In this document: positions 26,480 through 38,548 of the stretch, in pieces
Numbering within the stretch: position 1 is the first letter of the stretch
How the letters are laid out: each line of letters starts with the position of its first letter
Assembly (NCBI RefSeq): GCF_030144855.1
Contig: NC_082727.1
Location: 51,708,001-51,772,000, forward strand
Direction of reading: 5' to 3'
Source of the DNA: Hypanus sabinus
Taxonomy: Eukaryota
DNA length: 64,000 nucleotides
Made by a program: the position numbers and the translations under genes
Notes under the pieces: generated by a model
Databases searched by the model: none
Seen by the model: the letters and a program-made list of their open reading frames with translations, nothing else
Told to the model about the DNA's origin: nothing

Positions 26480-27216
26480 TCATTTAGATAGTTAACAGTT
26501 TACGGCTCACCACCTTAGGGACTTCAGATACAATCAGACACCTTAACTGCTCACCATTGTTTGAATTAACATTAGTGTTACTGCATACTACAGAAAGGCA
26601 TTGGAGTTTGTGCGCGAAGGTGATGTGCTGTCCAACAACGGGTGATTGCCTTGGACATTTTTCCTGCGATTGCAAGGCCCTGTTGGACATTGGTAATGTA
26701 AAACATTGTCAAGTTCGTCTCCCTTGATTATTGGTGAGACAGGGAGCGGGGGAGCTGCGTGGCCTCGGTTTGCGGCAAGCACTCTGCCTCAAGTCGCAGA
26801 CTTGCACTTTGCAGCAGTCCAGGAGAGGAGATGGCGGAGGCAGTGTAGCACAGCGGCCATGCCGCGTTGGTGGGGGGGGGGGGGGGCTGGCCTCTCCCGT
26901 TGGTACTACCCTCCAGCGTTCACATGGTGCAATGATAAGCTGGATAGTGTGTGTATGTGCATCTGCCAACTGCTGTGAGCTGCTTATTCTTGCCAATAAC
27001 ACCCATGCACTATCAATTTACAGGACACGTCACTCATGGACTTGGGCTGTTTATGTGTGACTGTATATTTACTTGCTACCTTATATGTGCCTTATGCTGT
27101 GTATGACTGTTGGTTATGTGTTTTGCATCTTGGCTCCATAGGAACATTATTTTGTTTGGCCGTATTCGTGGGTATTCATGTATAGTTGAATAATAATTAA
27201 ACTTGAACTTGAACTT
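26480..27216 (+). mobile_element. Unclassified GC-rich repeat ending in a LINE-type tail
   Basis: CpG-rich body followed by TATGTGTTTTGCATCTTGGCTCC..AAACTTGAACTTGAACTT, similar to the tail at 15260-15379. Confidence 0.45.
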
Positions 27217-29219
27217 ATTTCCTTTTAAAATAATACTTTAGTTGATATGTTTATCTTGGTGCCTGCCAGTTGCAGCTCCGTTTTCCTTATCATTACATCC
27301 TACAGGAAACATCTACATTTTTCTCAATTTCAGCCAGTGATTCACTTAGACATAGTACTGTTTGGCCATGCAGCTGTCAAATTCTGTGTCACTGTACTTA
27401 AGCAGGGTTTAATTTCAACAGCAGAAATTTCCATCCATGGCAGTACTCCAGGAAAGAGAACCAGACAGAGTGCCAGCAAAGCTGACTGTTCCATTAGTTT
27501 CTGGCCATTGAGCTAGCAGTCTGGTTGAGATGGAAAGAGACATTTTAATTCAACAACGTTGTAAGTATATTATTCAAATTAATTAAGATAAGTTAAGCCA
27601 TAGTTAATTGTCCACCTTTGACATTTTCCAGACTGAATATGGAAACTATCATTGATAAAGGATGAAGTTCTTCTCGTGTTCTGTAATTTTTCACGGCACT
27701 TTACTGTTCTGTTTCTCAGTAAAGTGATAGATCTAAGGATGCTGTTGTTTTTATAAAATCAGTTATGATTATTTGTCCACTGGTTAAGCAGGGCTTCCAG
27801 TGAAGAGTTTAAAAACTTTTCAAAAATAGATTTAAACATCCTTTTTGACATTTTTTGATAATTTGTTTTATTGCTTCATCTCCTTAAAACAGTGATCCAT
27901 GTGTCATACATTTACTCCACGTTCTTTTGGACCGTATTTGGGTATGGTATTTGAAGTACTGCATCATGCTGAAAAATCTTTTGAGAGCAGTGAAAGGTTA
28001 AACATTTTTCTAATGAATGCTGCATAATTAATGAACTCAAAAGGCTCCAACAGTGAATCAGAAAGCAATCTTCTCCATCCACTGAAATGATAGGATTACG
28101 GGTTCTACTTTAATTACTAGTGACAGGCCGGAAATTCCTTCGTCAACATTGACGCTGTAGTTGATCATTCCACTCAACCTTTAAAATTCTCCTTAATATT
28201 TCATGGAAGAGACTATATTTGCAAATTTGCAGCATTATATTAAGATTGTCCTGTAAATTGAGTTGGAACTGATGGAGGTTGTCACCAAATTCATTTTCAG
28301 AATCAATGTACCACTTGTTCTTCAGATGATGGTGACGATGGACTTGGATATTTTCTGATGATCACCCCCCTCTCTACTTGGAGGGAGCTATTGTCTGCTC
28401 TCACAGCGTGGGATTAGGTGGCCACTGTCTGTTATCTATTGACCAATTATCACCCTAAGCGAATGGGTGCAAAACAGCATTCCTTTGGAGTCAAGTTCTA
28501 TACACGTTTTCATGCTCCTCAATGGGAAATTAAAATGAGACAACAATTGTTAATAGGTAAAAGAAAGCACCAAAATATCCCCTGTCAAACTGTCAAATAA
28601 AATGCAAAATAATCATTTATGGAATATCAGATTTCTTCACACATGTAGATAGGTGAACGTATATGGTGACGTTTGAGGTTTAAAAAATGAATTCGATTTG
28701 TTTTGTTAATGTTTAGATCAACCTAACCAGCAAGTGTATTATTCACTAAGTCTATTTAGGAACTGGTGCAGCTGAATCCTAACCCTTCTGGTTTTGGTTC
28801 CCTGAGGTTTGCTGACCCCTGCTCTGTTGACAAGGCTGCAAATTAGAGATTACATTCTGACCAATTTTCTTTGAGAGTTGGCAAAAGATGTTTTCTCTTC
28901 GTGGTAGTGATGTTTGTTGAATCTTGAGTTGGGTTGATATAGGTTAGCAAACGTGACTTTGCTTAGAAAATTAAAAATACAATTACAGCATGGCGCAGCA
29001 AAATTTCCACATTTTTCACTTTTTTAAAATTTAAATTTAATTTAAATACAAAATAAATTTCAATTTAATTTTAATTTCCAGAGTTTTCACAATCCATGTG
29101 CAAAAAAACCTTAAAATGTCAATAGACTGAAAGGATGATTCTAATTCTTTGCTTATGCGGTTTAAATTTCTATATTATCAACATTCCCTTTTGCTTGCAA
29201 TTTACTTCCAGCTATTTTT

Positions 29220-29850
29220 GCTGGATTAGTATCTCATCAAGATGGATTTGAATTGTGCTGACAGTGAGGGATTGTCAGGGTTTTTTGCCTCTTTAATTCT
29301 CTCTTCCCCTTTTTACCACAAAGTATAAGGTCCTCCATTTATAGCAACGTTTAAAAAATGCAGAACGCATAAGCAATTTGCTAGGAAATTGCTTAGTGGC
29401 TTCATTTTAAAAATTGCGAATCTGCAGCATATGACCAGTGTAAGGTTTGGAATGAGCTCGGTTGATGTCACAAAGAGCAAAGGCTTTACTGGTTTAATAT
29501 AGTGCTTAATCCATGAGCCCTGTCATACCAGTTGTCTGCACAAGCAGTGTCCCAAGCAGGAAAGGATAAATGTGTGGATTAAAGAATCTACCCTTTCTAT
29601 CTGCAAGCTGACACACAAAGAGGATCTTTCATTTGGTCGTGGATTGAGGCTTGGTAACAAGGTGCGTCATTTTTTTGTTTCTTCTGATGTTTCTTTGGAT
29701 TAATAATTCAAGCGGTACTTTGTAATAGAAAACCTGCAGTTGTTTGGTTCTGGAGTCCCACTGGGGCTCAGGTGAAACCAGCCTGCTTTGTTTCATGTTT
29801 TATAACCAGAGGTCCCGCCTCTTTAACTAAGCTGAAGTCATTTTATTCCA
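29220..29850 (+). promoter_or_regulatory. Putative RIBEYE proximal promoter with OTX2/CRX-type (TAATCC) site cluster
   Basis: GGATTA 29223-29228, TAATCC 29507-29512, GGATTA 29576-29581, GGATTA 29697-29702; E-box CATATG 29428-29433; TATA-like TTTATAA near 29799-29805; no repeat recognised in this stretch. Confidence 0.55.
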
Positions 29851-31657
29851 ATGCCTGTCCCTAGCAAGCATACAACTGTTGGCTGCTCTCAGAGCTGGGA
29901 CTCTAGCGGATGGTACAAAGACAACTGGGACAACAACAGCACATACGACTGCCAGAGGCCTAGCAGGAGACGAGGTTCGCTGACCTACTCCAGCAACGGT
30001 GTCTACGACGGCAGTGATAGCGTCAGAGTTCATGGTCGCGACATTGCAGGAGGGTATGAACATAATTACGAACATTACAGCCATCCAGATTCTGGGTTTG
30101 ATGAAGATTATCCCAGTCGGTATGATCACAGACTTGTGAGAAAATCCTCTGAGTCCGATCTCTCTTGCTCCCATGAAAAGCAGGCCGTGATGACCGGACG
30201 CAACTCGGTGCCTCCACAGGATTACTATGGTGAGCCTGGCGTGGCGCTTAGGCCATCTGAAGAGGCACGGTTTTATAGGGATCATATGCTGAGCAGATCA
30301 GCGCCGAATTATGGGATGTCAAGTGGGAGAATGTCTTGGGACCACTCACAGGGGAGGCCCCCTCCCCCTCCTGAGGTAAACCGAGTGTACCATGATCCTT
30401 CTGGTAAGCTGGTTCATGACGGACAGAAAATACGTAGCCGAGATCCTTCTCCCGCCAGGTATGGCGCTGAAACTCCTCTCCCTCGTTATGGGGCTGAACC
30501 GCCACCTCTCTCTGGTAAGCAGATGTACAGTGTTGCCTCTGGTCAGCCACTGGACTCCACCAGCACACGACAGATTACTCCAACGTGCTTAGTCGTGGAT
30601 CCTGCCACTGGGTCTCGGTGTGAGAACAGCTTGGATAGAATGCTGTGTCCTGGCACGCTAAACCAAAGCCGTAGGCCAGGAGTGGCAACTCGAATGATGT
30701 CTGATTACGGCACACACAGGGACGGTTTAATTTCAAAGCCCATTTATGATGGTTATGACAACACCATGCTGGCCCGCAGCCACCTTCCTGTGGGAATCCC
30801 CGGGCAAGACAACAAAGCTGAGTTTCTGGCGCTGCTGCGCTCGGAGGGTTTATCTGAGAGCACAATTGCAAACCTGCTGCAGCAAGGCTTCGATTCGACC
30901 AGCTTCCTGGCCATGCTGGAGGAGAACGATATCAAGTCTGTGGCGCCGAACCTGGGTCAGGCCCGTTTGCTGTCGCGGCTCGCCCACAATTGCAAGGTGG
31001 ACATGCAGCTGCGGCAGGAGCTGCAGAGCAGTGGCGGCCGCATGAGAACGCGTTCAAACAGCTTCAGTCACAGGACCGAGCTAATGCGTAATGACTATGG
31101 CGTTCCGGCAGGGGTGGTCCCTTCGATGGATAATCCCACTGCTCAGCAGCTACCAATGGCTTTGCAACCAATGTCACCCAGGCTGGCCGAAGTGAGCCGC
31201 CGACCATCCAGTGCCCCTTCCCAACATCTCCTCGAAACTGCTAACTATGGGTCCTCTGGGTCTGGGAGACTTGGGGGCCATTTTCCAAGCGTGACAGGTT
31301 ACAGCAGTCCCACCCCAATGGGGCTGCAGAACCTCCGATCAGGGCCTCTCTACCTCGCTCAGTCCGGAATAGCAATGAATACACAGCAGGCCACTCCAAA
31401 TCCAGGGCCCAAGACTGCCTACTCGACTACTTACACTGTGCCCATAGAACTGATGACGAGGGAGCGCAGCTCAACTCAGTCTTTTATGCACAGCCCGCAC
31501 AACAGTCCTCGGATTCTCCGAAAGCCAGGAACGCAGGTGGAGTCCACACTGGTACCTACAAGCTCAGCTTACCAGCTGGTGAACACTGCAAACCCAAAAG
31601 TGACCAGACGTACTGGACCTCCAGTCATTGTCTCCACAATGGCATCACCTGAACCAA
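29851..31657 (+). CDS. CTBP2: RIBEYE-specific A-domain coding exon of CTBP2 (synaptic ribbon protein isoform); 602 codons + 1 nt
   Basis: The translation matches recalled vertebrate RIBEYE motifs along its length: MPVPSKH..G.SQSWD..GWY, RRGSLTY, PTCLVVDP, EFLALLRSEGL..LLQQGFDS..DIKSVAPNLGQAR.LSRLA, RS.SFSHR.EL, RRPSSAPSQHLLETA, GYSSPTP, TAYST.YTVP.EL, RRTGPPVIVSTM.SPEPS. In-frame stops upstream (TAA 29824, TGA 29833) fix the start. The donor CCAA|GTAATG at 31657/31658 is phase 1, as needed to give EPS-IRPQ on joining the shared exon. Confidence 0.96.
30817..30993 (+). other. CTBP2: SAM-like helical subdomain inside the RIBEYE A domain
   Basis: AEFLALLRSEGLSESTIANLLQQGFDSTSFLAMLEENDIKSVAPNLGQARLLSRLAHNC has the SAM-type hydrophobic pattern and is the only ordered-looking block in a Pro/Ser-rich protein. 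Confidence 0.7.
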
Positions 31658-32422
31658 GTAATGCATTTTTTACATTCTAGCTGTGTTTGATATATGTGCT
31701 ATCACTCCTACTTAAGTGCTTTTATCTCTTGTTTTCTTTTTATGCTTGTGAGCAGAAAGGGATTGAAACCAGAGACTGATAGATTTTCTTTTCCATTTTA
31801 TGGCCATTGTTTTTGTTTCACTGTTTTGACACACATTATCAAAAAAGATTATTGAAAATCCCTGTGTGTGCCGATCTGCATCTTCTCAATTAATTAGGTC
31901 AGTTGTCTTTCTATTAATGCAATAATTTGTGTCAAGGTGGGTTTATCCACTATATTATTGTAGCATGCAATTCTCACTGTAGAGAAATCAGCAGCCATCA
32001 TTATGATACAGAATATTTCTATCCTGTAGGTCAAGTATTCATTAGACCAGCTCATATGTGTCTATAAACTGATCCTCTTGCCATTGTGCTTTCCTTTATT
32101 TGCTACAGAAGAGACTAAGGCTGATTATATTCTTATAACACTTTGTTACGTGAGCTCTCAGTGTTGTATCTATAGATCTGTATGCTGCAAAACAATAAAA
32201 TAATCTAAAAACAATTAAAGAAGCAATTATCAGTCAGCTTTAACGTATAATAAAATATCCATTTTTAAAAATCTTTTATTGGACAGGAAAGAAAGTCAAG
32301 TTTTAAGCAACATTTTTGAAGAATGTATTATAGAAGTAGCAGTTAATCACTAGCAGTACTGTGTTTCATACCACTTCTGAACTATTTCAGTGGATTGGTT
32401 ATTGCACTCATATTAAATTCTT

Positions 32423-32820
32423 ACTTACTTACTGCCCAATATGCCGCTGACGTTTAGGGCAACAATGAAGGCCCTCCAAATCTGGTGGTGTTCAGGGCTT
32501 CCTTCATCATGTCAGTAGCTTCCTCTTGGTTTTCACTACTGCCAGTCATGCAAGTCCAGGGTGGAGACTCAGGAACAGCGTCGCACTCAGATGTAGAAGG
32601 ATTCTACTTTGCTGCTTCTGAAAAAATTTTGTTTTACCAGTCAGAGTTGTTAACCCTGAGCTGAACCCCCAAACCTGGAGAACTGGTGGACCATTCTTAG
32701 TCTGTCCTCTACCCTTTGACCTGTTTGGCTTGGGCGACCCTGACACCAGCCAACATAGCTCTCCAGGTCATTGAGGTTTACAAGCCTCCAAAGCACAACA
32801 AGTTGTGGTCCTCTTGGAGG
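32423..32820 (-). mobile_element. Short non-autonomous RTE-derived retroelement, copy 2 (398 bp)
   Basis: 11-bp TSD ATTAAATTCTT (32412-32422 / 32821-32831); (GTAA)n tail; homologous to 24744-25140. Confidence 0.85.
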
Positions 32821-33987
32821 ATTAAATTCTTGTCTGCCCTTTATTAATCCAAAGATAATAACTGTGTTAAAATAATGAAGCAAGAATTTAACTTCAATGT
32901 TAGCCAGTACCAAAAATATCACAAAAAAAAATTAATCTGTATAAGCATATTGATTAAGGTTTACATCTGGATTCAATTAGAAGTCTCCTTCAATTATCTC
33001 AAACAGGACATCAGATTTATTTTTATTGCAAGGGAAAATGTTAAATAAGCAATACTGAATGATTACCTATACCACAACAGAAAACTGATTCTCTGTGGTT
33101 TATTGAGGTACAATGCCTGCTTTCTTTGTTTCCCTGGCAGGAAGCATGTAGTCTATTTTAATTTTTCTTTGAAAAGTGTGGTTGAGCAGGAAAATAGTCA
33201 GTAACCTTTGATAGACCTAGCATTGCATGTCTTATGAGAACTAGCTACTAGACAAGTAACTAAATGTAAAGGTGGTTAGTTACACTCTGTCCAACATGAA
33301 GGCCACTATCCATGGAGAGTTCAGAGAATTGGCATTCAAATAGGAAAATGCTATCAGACACGACTACACAATACTGTATGAGTCATATCGGAACGCACCT
33401 ACTTTTTTACCAGATAATCTTGTTAGATTTTTGAACTTCAATTTCCCCCCATTATTCAATTGGGTTGGTGAAAGTTCTTCACAAAATAATTTTAACAATA
33501 GTTGGACATATTTCCAGCCACACCCTTTCAAATAAACTATGTGCCGATTTTAAGTTGCAGTATTATACAGATTTCCTGTTTAGCAAGAGCGGGTTGGATC
33601 CCAGACATTATGAAGTCATGGGCATCTCAATAATTCCCCCCAGGTGAGTATTAAGCAATAAGTGATTGAAAGTTGGTTGTGATATTGAAAACTGTTCCAA
33701 TTTGGATAACTTTTAGCACTTATGATATGGCAGAAGGTATTTTTGATAGCAATCTATTATTCAGAAACTAGAATTGATGAGAGGATGTAACTACAGATAT
33801 TTATTAACCTTGGCTGTAAATTTTCTTTTATAAGCAAAGTTCAATGCTAAGTAAATCATGGCAACTCTATACTGCATGGGAAATACTTGGAAGTAAACCC
33901 ACAGAGTCGGGCATTTCAGGATAATGGACTGAACAGGATGATGGCTAGGAAACGATGTTGGAAAGTAGATGATGGAAAATGATGGAA

Positions 33988-36935
33988 ATTAGACCATATG
34001 ATGTAGGAGCAGAATTAGGCCACTCAGCCCATCCAGTCTGCTTTGCCATTCCTTCATGACTGATTTATTATCCCTGTCAACCCCATTCTCTAGCCTTCTC
34101 CCTGTAAACTTTGACGTCCTTACTAACCAAGAACATATCAACCTCCATTTAAATATACCTAATGAGTTGGCCTTCACAGCTGGCTGTGGCAATGAATTCA
34201 ACAGATTCTCCTTCCTCTGGCTAAAGAAATTCCTTCCCATCTCTCTATTCTGAGGCTGTGCCGCCTGGTCCTAGACCTGCCCACTATAGGAAATATCCTC
34301 TCCACGTCCACTGTATCTAGGCCTTTCAATATTTGATAGATTTCAATGAGATCTTCCCTCATTCTTCTAAACTCCAGTGAGTACAGGCCCAGAGCTATAA
34401 AATGTTCCTCATACATTAACCTTTTCATTCCCCAACTCACAGATAAGGGGCCCAAAACTGCACACATTACTCCAAGTGCAATTGGATCAAAGCCTCAGCT
34501 TTAATATTCTAGTCCTCTCGAAATGAAAGCCAACATTGCTTGTGCCTTCCTTGCCAAAGTACCACCAACTCAACCGACAAGTTAACCCTTAGGGAATCCT
34601 ACACAAGGACTCCTAAATCCCTTTGCATCTCTGATTTTTGAACTTTCTCTCTGTTTATAAAATAGTCTATGGCATTATTCCATCTACCAAAATGTATAAC
34701 CAAGTACTTCTCTAACTATATTCCAGATGCCACCACTTTACCCATTCTCCCAATCTGTTCAAGATCTTCTGCAGACTCCTTGTTTCCTCAATGCCATTTG
34801 CACCTCCACCTATCTTTGTAACATCTGCAAACTTGACTGCAAAGCCCATCAATTCTGTCATTCAAATTGTTGACATATGATGTGAAAAGAAGCGGTCTCA
34901 ACATCAACCCCAGTGGGACACCACTGGACACGGGCAGCTAACCAGAATAGACCCCCTTTATTCCAACTCTGCTTCCTGCTGGTCAGCCAGTCTTCTATCC
35001 ATGCTAGCATCTTTCCTGTAATACCATGGGCTTTCATCTTGTTAAGCTGCCTCATATGCAACACCTTGTCAAATCCACTGACCACAACCCCCCCCCCCCC
35101 CCCCCATCTAGCCTGTCTGTTATTTCCTCAAAGAATTCCAACAAATTTGTTAGGCAAGATTTCACCTGAAGGAAGCTATGCTAACTTTGGCCTCCTTCAT
35201 CATGCTCTTCCACGTACCTTGAAACCTCAACTTTAATAATCAAGACCAACATTTTCCCAACCTCTGCAGTCAGACTAACTGGCCTATAAATTCCTTTCTT
35301 CTACCTCTCTCCCTTCTTAAAGAGTGGGGTGACACTTGTAATTTTCCAGTCTGCCAGAACCATTCCAGAATCTAGTGATTCATGAAAGATTATTACAAAT
35401 GCCTCCACAATCTCTTCAGCTGCCTCTTTAAGAACCCTGATGTGTAGTCCATCTGGTCCAGGTGACTTACCTACCTTCAGACCTTTCAACTTCCCAAGCA
35501 CATTCTCCTTAGTAATAGCAACTACACTCACTTCTGTCCCTGACACTTTGGAATGTCTGACATGCTGCTAGTATCTTCCATAGTGAAGACTGATGCAAAC
35601 TACTATTTTAAGTTCATCCACCATTTCTTTGTTCCCCATTACTACCTCTCCAGCATCAAATTCTTGCCGTCCAATATCTACTCTCACCTCTTTTACTCTT
35701 TATATATCTGAAAAAGCTTTTGGTTACCTCTTTGATATTATTGGCTAGCTTACCTTCATATTTCGTCTTTTCTCTCCTTATGGCCTTTTCATTTGCCTTC
35801 TGTTGGTTTTTAAAAGCTATCCAATCCTATTAAGTTCCCACTAATTTTTGCTGTATTATGTGCTCTCTGTTTTACTTTTATGCTGTCTTTAACTTCCCTT
35901 GTCAGTCATGGTTGTCTCATCCCTCCTTTAGAATACTTATTCAACTTTCTGATGTATCTATCCTGCACCTTCTGAATTGCTCTCCTGCCATTATCCCTGA
36001 TAGTGTCCCTTTCCAATCAACTTTACCCAGTTCCTCTCTCATGCTTCTGTAATTTCCTTTACTCCACTGTAATACTGATACATCTGACTTTAGCTTCTCC
36101 TTCTCAAATTGCAGGCTGAATTCTATCATATTATGATCACTGCCTCCTAAGGGTTCTTTTACCTTAAGCTCCTTAATCAAATCTGGTTCATGACAGAACA
36201 CCCAGTCCAGAATTGCCTTTCCCCTACTGGGCTCAACCACAAGCTGCTCTGAAAAGGCATCTCATAGGCATTCTTCATATTCCCTCTCCTGGGATTCAGA
36301 ACCAACCTGATTTTCCCAATCTACCTGCATATTGAAATTCCCCCATGACCATTGTAACATTGCCCTTATTACATGGATCTTCTATTTCCCATTGAAATTT
36401 ATATCCCACATCCTGGCTACCGTTAGGGGGCCTGTATATAACTCTCATCAGGATCTCTTTACTCTTGCAGTTTCTTAACTCTACCCATGTGGATTCTACA
36501 TCATCCAATCCTATGTCACCACTTTCTAAGGATTTGATTTCATTTTTGTCCCCTCTGCCTACCTTCCTGTCCTTTCCATAGAATGTGTATCTTTGTGTGT
36601 TAAGCTCCCATCTATAACCTTTTTTCAGTCACAAGTCAGTGATGACTGCAAGATCATAACTGCCAATCTCTAACTGCACTACAAGATCATCTACCTTATT
36701 CCAAACACTACATGGATTTAAATATAACACTACCGATCCTGTATTCATCACCCTTTTCCATTTTGCCCCCACGTTTCACTTCAGCTCATCCCACTGACTG
36801 CAATTTAACCCTGAGCTCTGTCTGTGCTTCATTACGGTCTCACTACACACTGCATCAACTTGTATACCAACTGCCCCATCCTCAGCCCTATCACTTTGGT
36901 TCACATCCCCCAGCCAAACTAGTTTAAAATCTCCC
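33988..36935 (-). mobile_element. Long degraded CR1 LINE (endonuclease, RT and 3' end)
   Basis: Minus-strand fragments: ESTWVELRN..VIYRPP, RGKAILDWV..EPLGGSDHNMIEF, KSPGPDGLH.RVLKE..WK...VTPLFKKG, FDKV.H..L..K...HGI.G....WIEDWL, REDLIEIYQILKGLD, NFFSQR; many frameshifts. Confidence 0.95.
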
Positions 36936-37103
36936 CATCGAGAGGATGTTCTGGGTGCAAGTGTTGCCACACAGTCCAATGCCAACGTAGCTTGCCCACA
37001 ATGCTCAACAGGACAACACACAACACATCAAGCAGCAATGCAACAACAGCGAAACAAGACTTTGCCATGTTACTTTGTATTGGAGAATTATTGGTTTGGT
37101 ATT

Positions 37104-37593
37104 TGTGATGAACTGAACAAAGCGACCAGAGAGACACTGAAGTTAGTGGATATAGAAGTCATTATTCAGCAAAATGAGCAGCGAGGATCATATTGAGATA
37201 CTCTCAGAAGAAGAGGCCTGCTCGATCCATTATTACACGACATTTTATATGCTAAAGGTCAAAAGTAACAGCAGGACAATTCTATACTTAAAATGTATCT
37301 ACAATGCTTTCTTTGAATCACATGTAATTTTCAAACACCTCCATCTTCACACCCACACTCCAGACACCCAAAGTGAATGTTAATTCCCACTGATTCTGGG
37401 CCATATTCATGCACATGCAGGCATCTGAGGTCAACTGGAGTGTTTGAAATCAACCCCAAAATGCAGCTTCAGGAAGACCATTTTTCAGAGCTGCATTTTA
37501 AGTTCAATCTGCAATCCACGTTCAGGTCTGAAGACTGGCTGCTGTTGAAATTAGTATTTGCTATATACCCTAACTCCAGAAGACACCCTAACA
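37104..37593 (-). mobile_element. Solo LTR, copy 2
   Basis: TG...CA termini; perfect 5-bp TSD GTATT (37099-37103 / 37594-37598); homologous to 13904-14349. Confidence 0.85.
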
Positions 37594-38338
37594 GTATTAG
37601 GGCATTGACTCTGGTGAATTTACATGTATATGAATATAAACTGCTATTGAGTTTGCCTTGATAGCAGTTTATATTGCTTGGACTGTTTTTATCTAAATAT
37701 GCAGCCTAGTATTCAGATGCAAAATTATCATTTTAGTAGAAGCCCTTTAATAGTATTAAAAAAGCCTGATTAAGGTGCGTTAACCAGTTATTTCACCCTG
37801 AACTTGTATTGACAGGCTAAAGTTATTGTTGTTACCAATAACATTAACATTTCCCTCAGAGACACTGCAGCCTACCTCTGGTGAACTCTGGTCCCTTGTC
37901 TGATGCCGACTGTGCTCAACTACAAGTTCAAGGGGACCCCTGACACCTGTGTTATAGTCATAGTTTATCCAGCCAATCCCCTTTCTTTTAAAGCAATTCT
38001 CAACCAGAAGATGAATTTTTGTTTAAACTTCTCAACATTATTTCAATTGCTAAATAAAGATTGGCAAGTAAATGATTAAACATGAACATGAAATTTCATT
38101 TCGTTTTAATTTTACAATCCTTTGTCATTTCAGAATATCACGATAGATTTGTTTCCTTGGAGCCAAATAGTTTGCTAAGCAGCAATTTGGTTTAGAAAGC
38201 CATTATAATTCATTCAGACTACATGTAATCGACTGTGAGATTTTCAAGATATTTTACAGTGGGACTTGTTCATAAATAGCTCAAATTTGCAGCATTTTGA
38301 GTGATTTCATCAGGTCTGGTGGAAAAGATCATAAACAG

Positions 38339-38548
38339 CACTGCTCCCTCTAAGGTGCGCAGCTGCGCAGCAACTGAAATGCCCCTGTGCACATAGCCAC
38401 TGTTGCCGGGTGGCTGGAATTTTCTTTTAGACAATGTTTTATTAAAGTGTCACATATTTTTCAAGCTGTTAAAAATTTTCTATGGAGCAATGGTTCATCC
38501 ACACAGCTTTTTAAAAAAATTAGAGCAAGCTTAGAGGAAGGAAGAGTG
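38339..38548. mobile_element. Possible hAT-type MITE
   Basis: CACTGCTCCCTCTAAG start, with a degenerate inverted end CTTAGAGG..AGTG. Confidence 0.4.

Noticed and set aside
29827-31045. Antisense and alternate-frame ORFs overlapping the RIBEYE exon
   Set aside because: Expected shadows of a GC-rich coding exon, with no recognisable motifs.
29851-31680. 609-aa ORF as a complete single-exon gene
   Set aside because: It is the RIBEYE exon of CTBP2; the last residues are intron read-through past the donor at 31658 (kept only as a hypothetical isoform).
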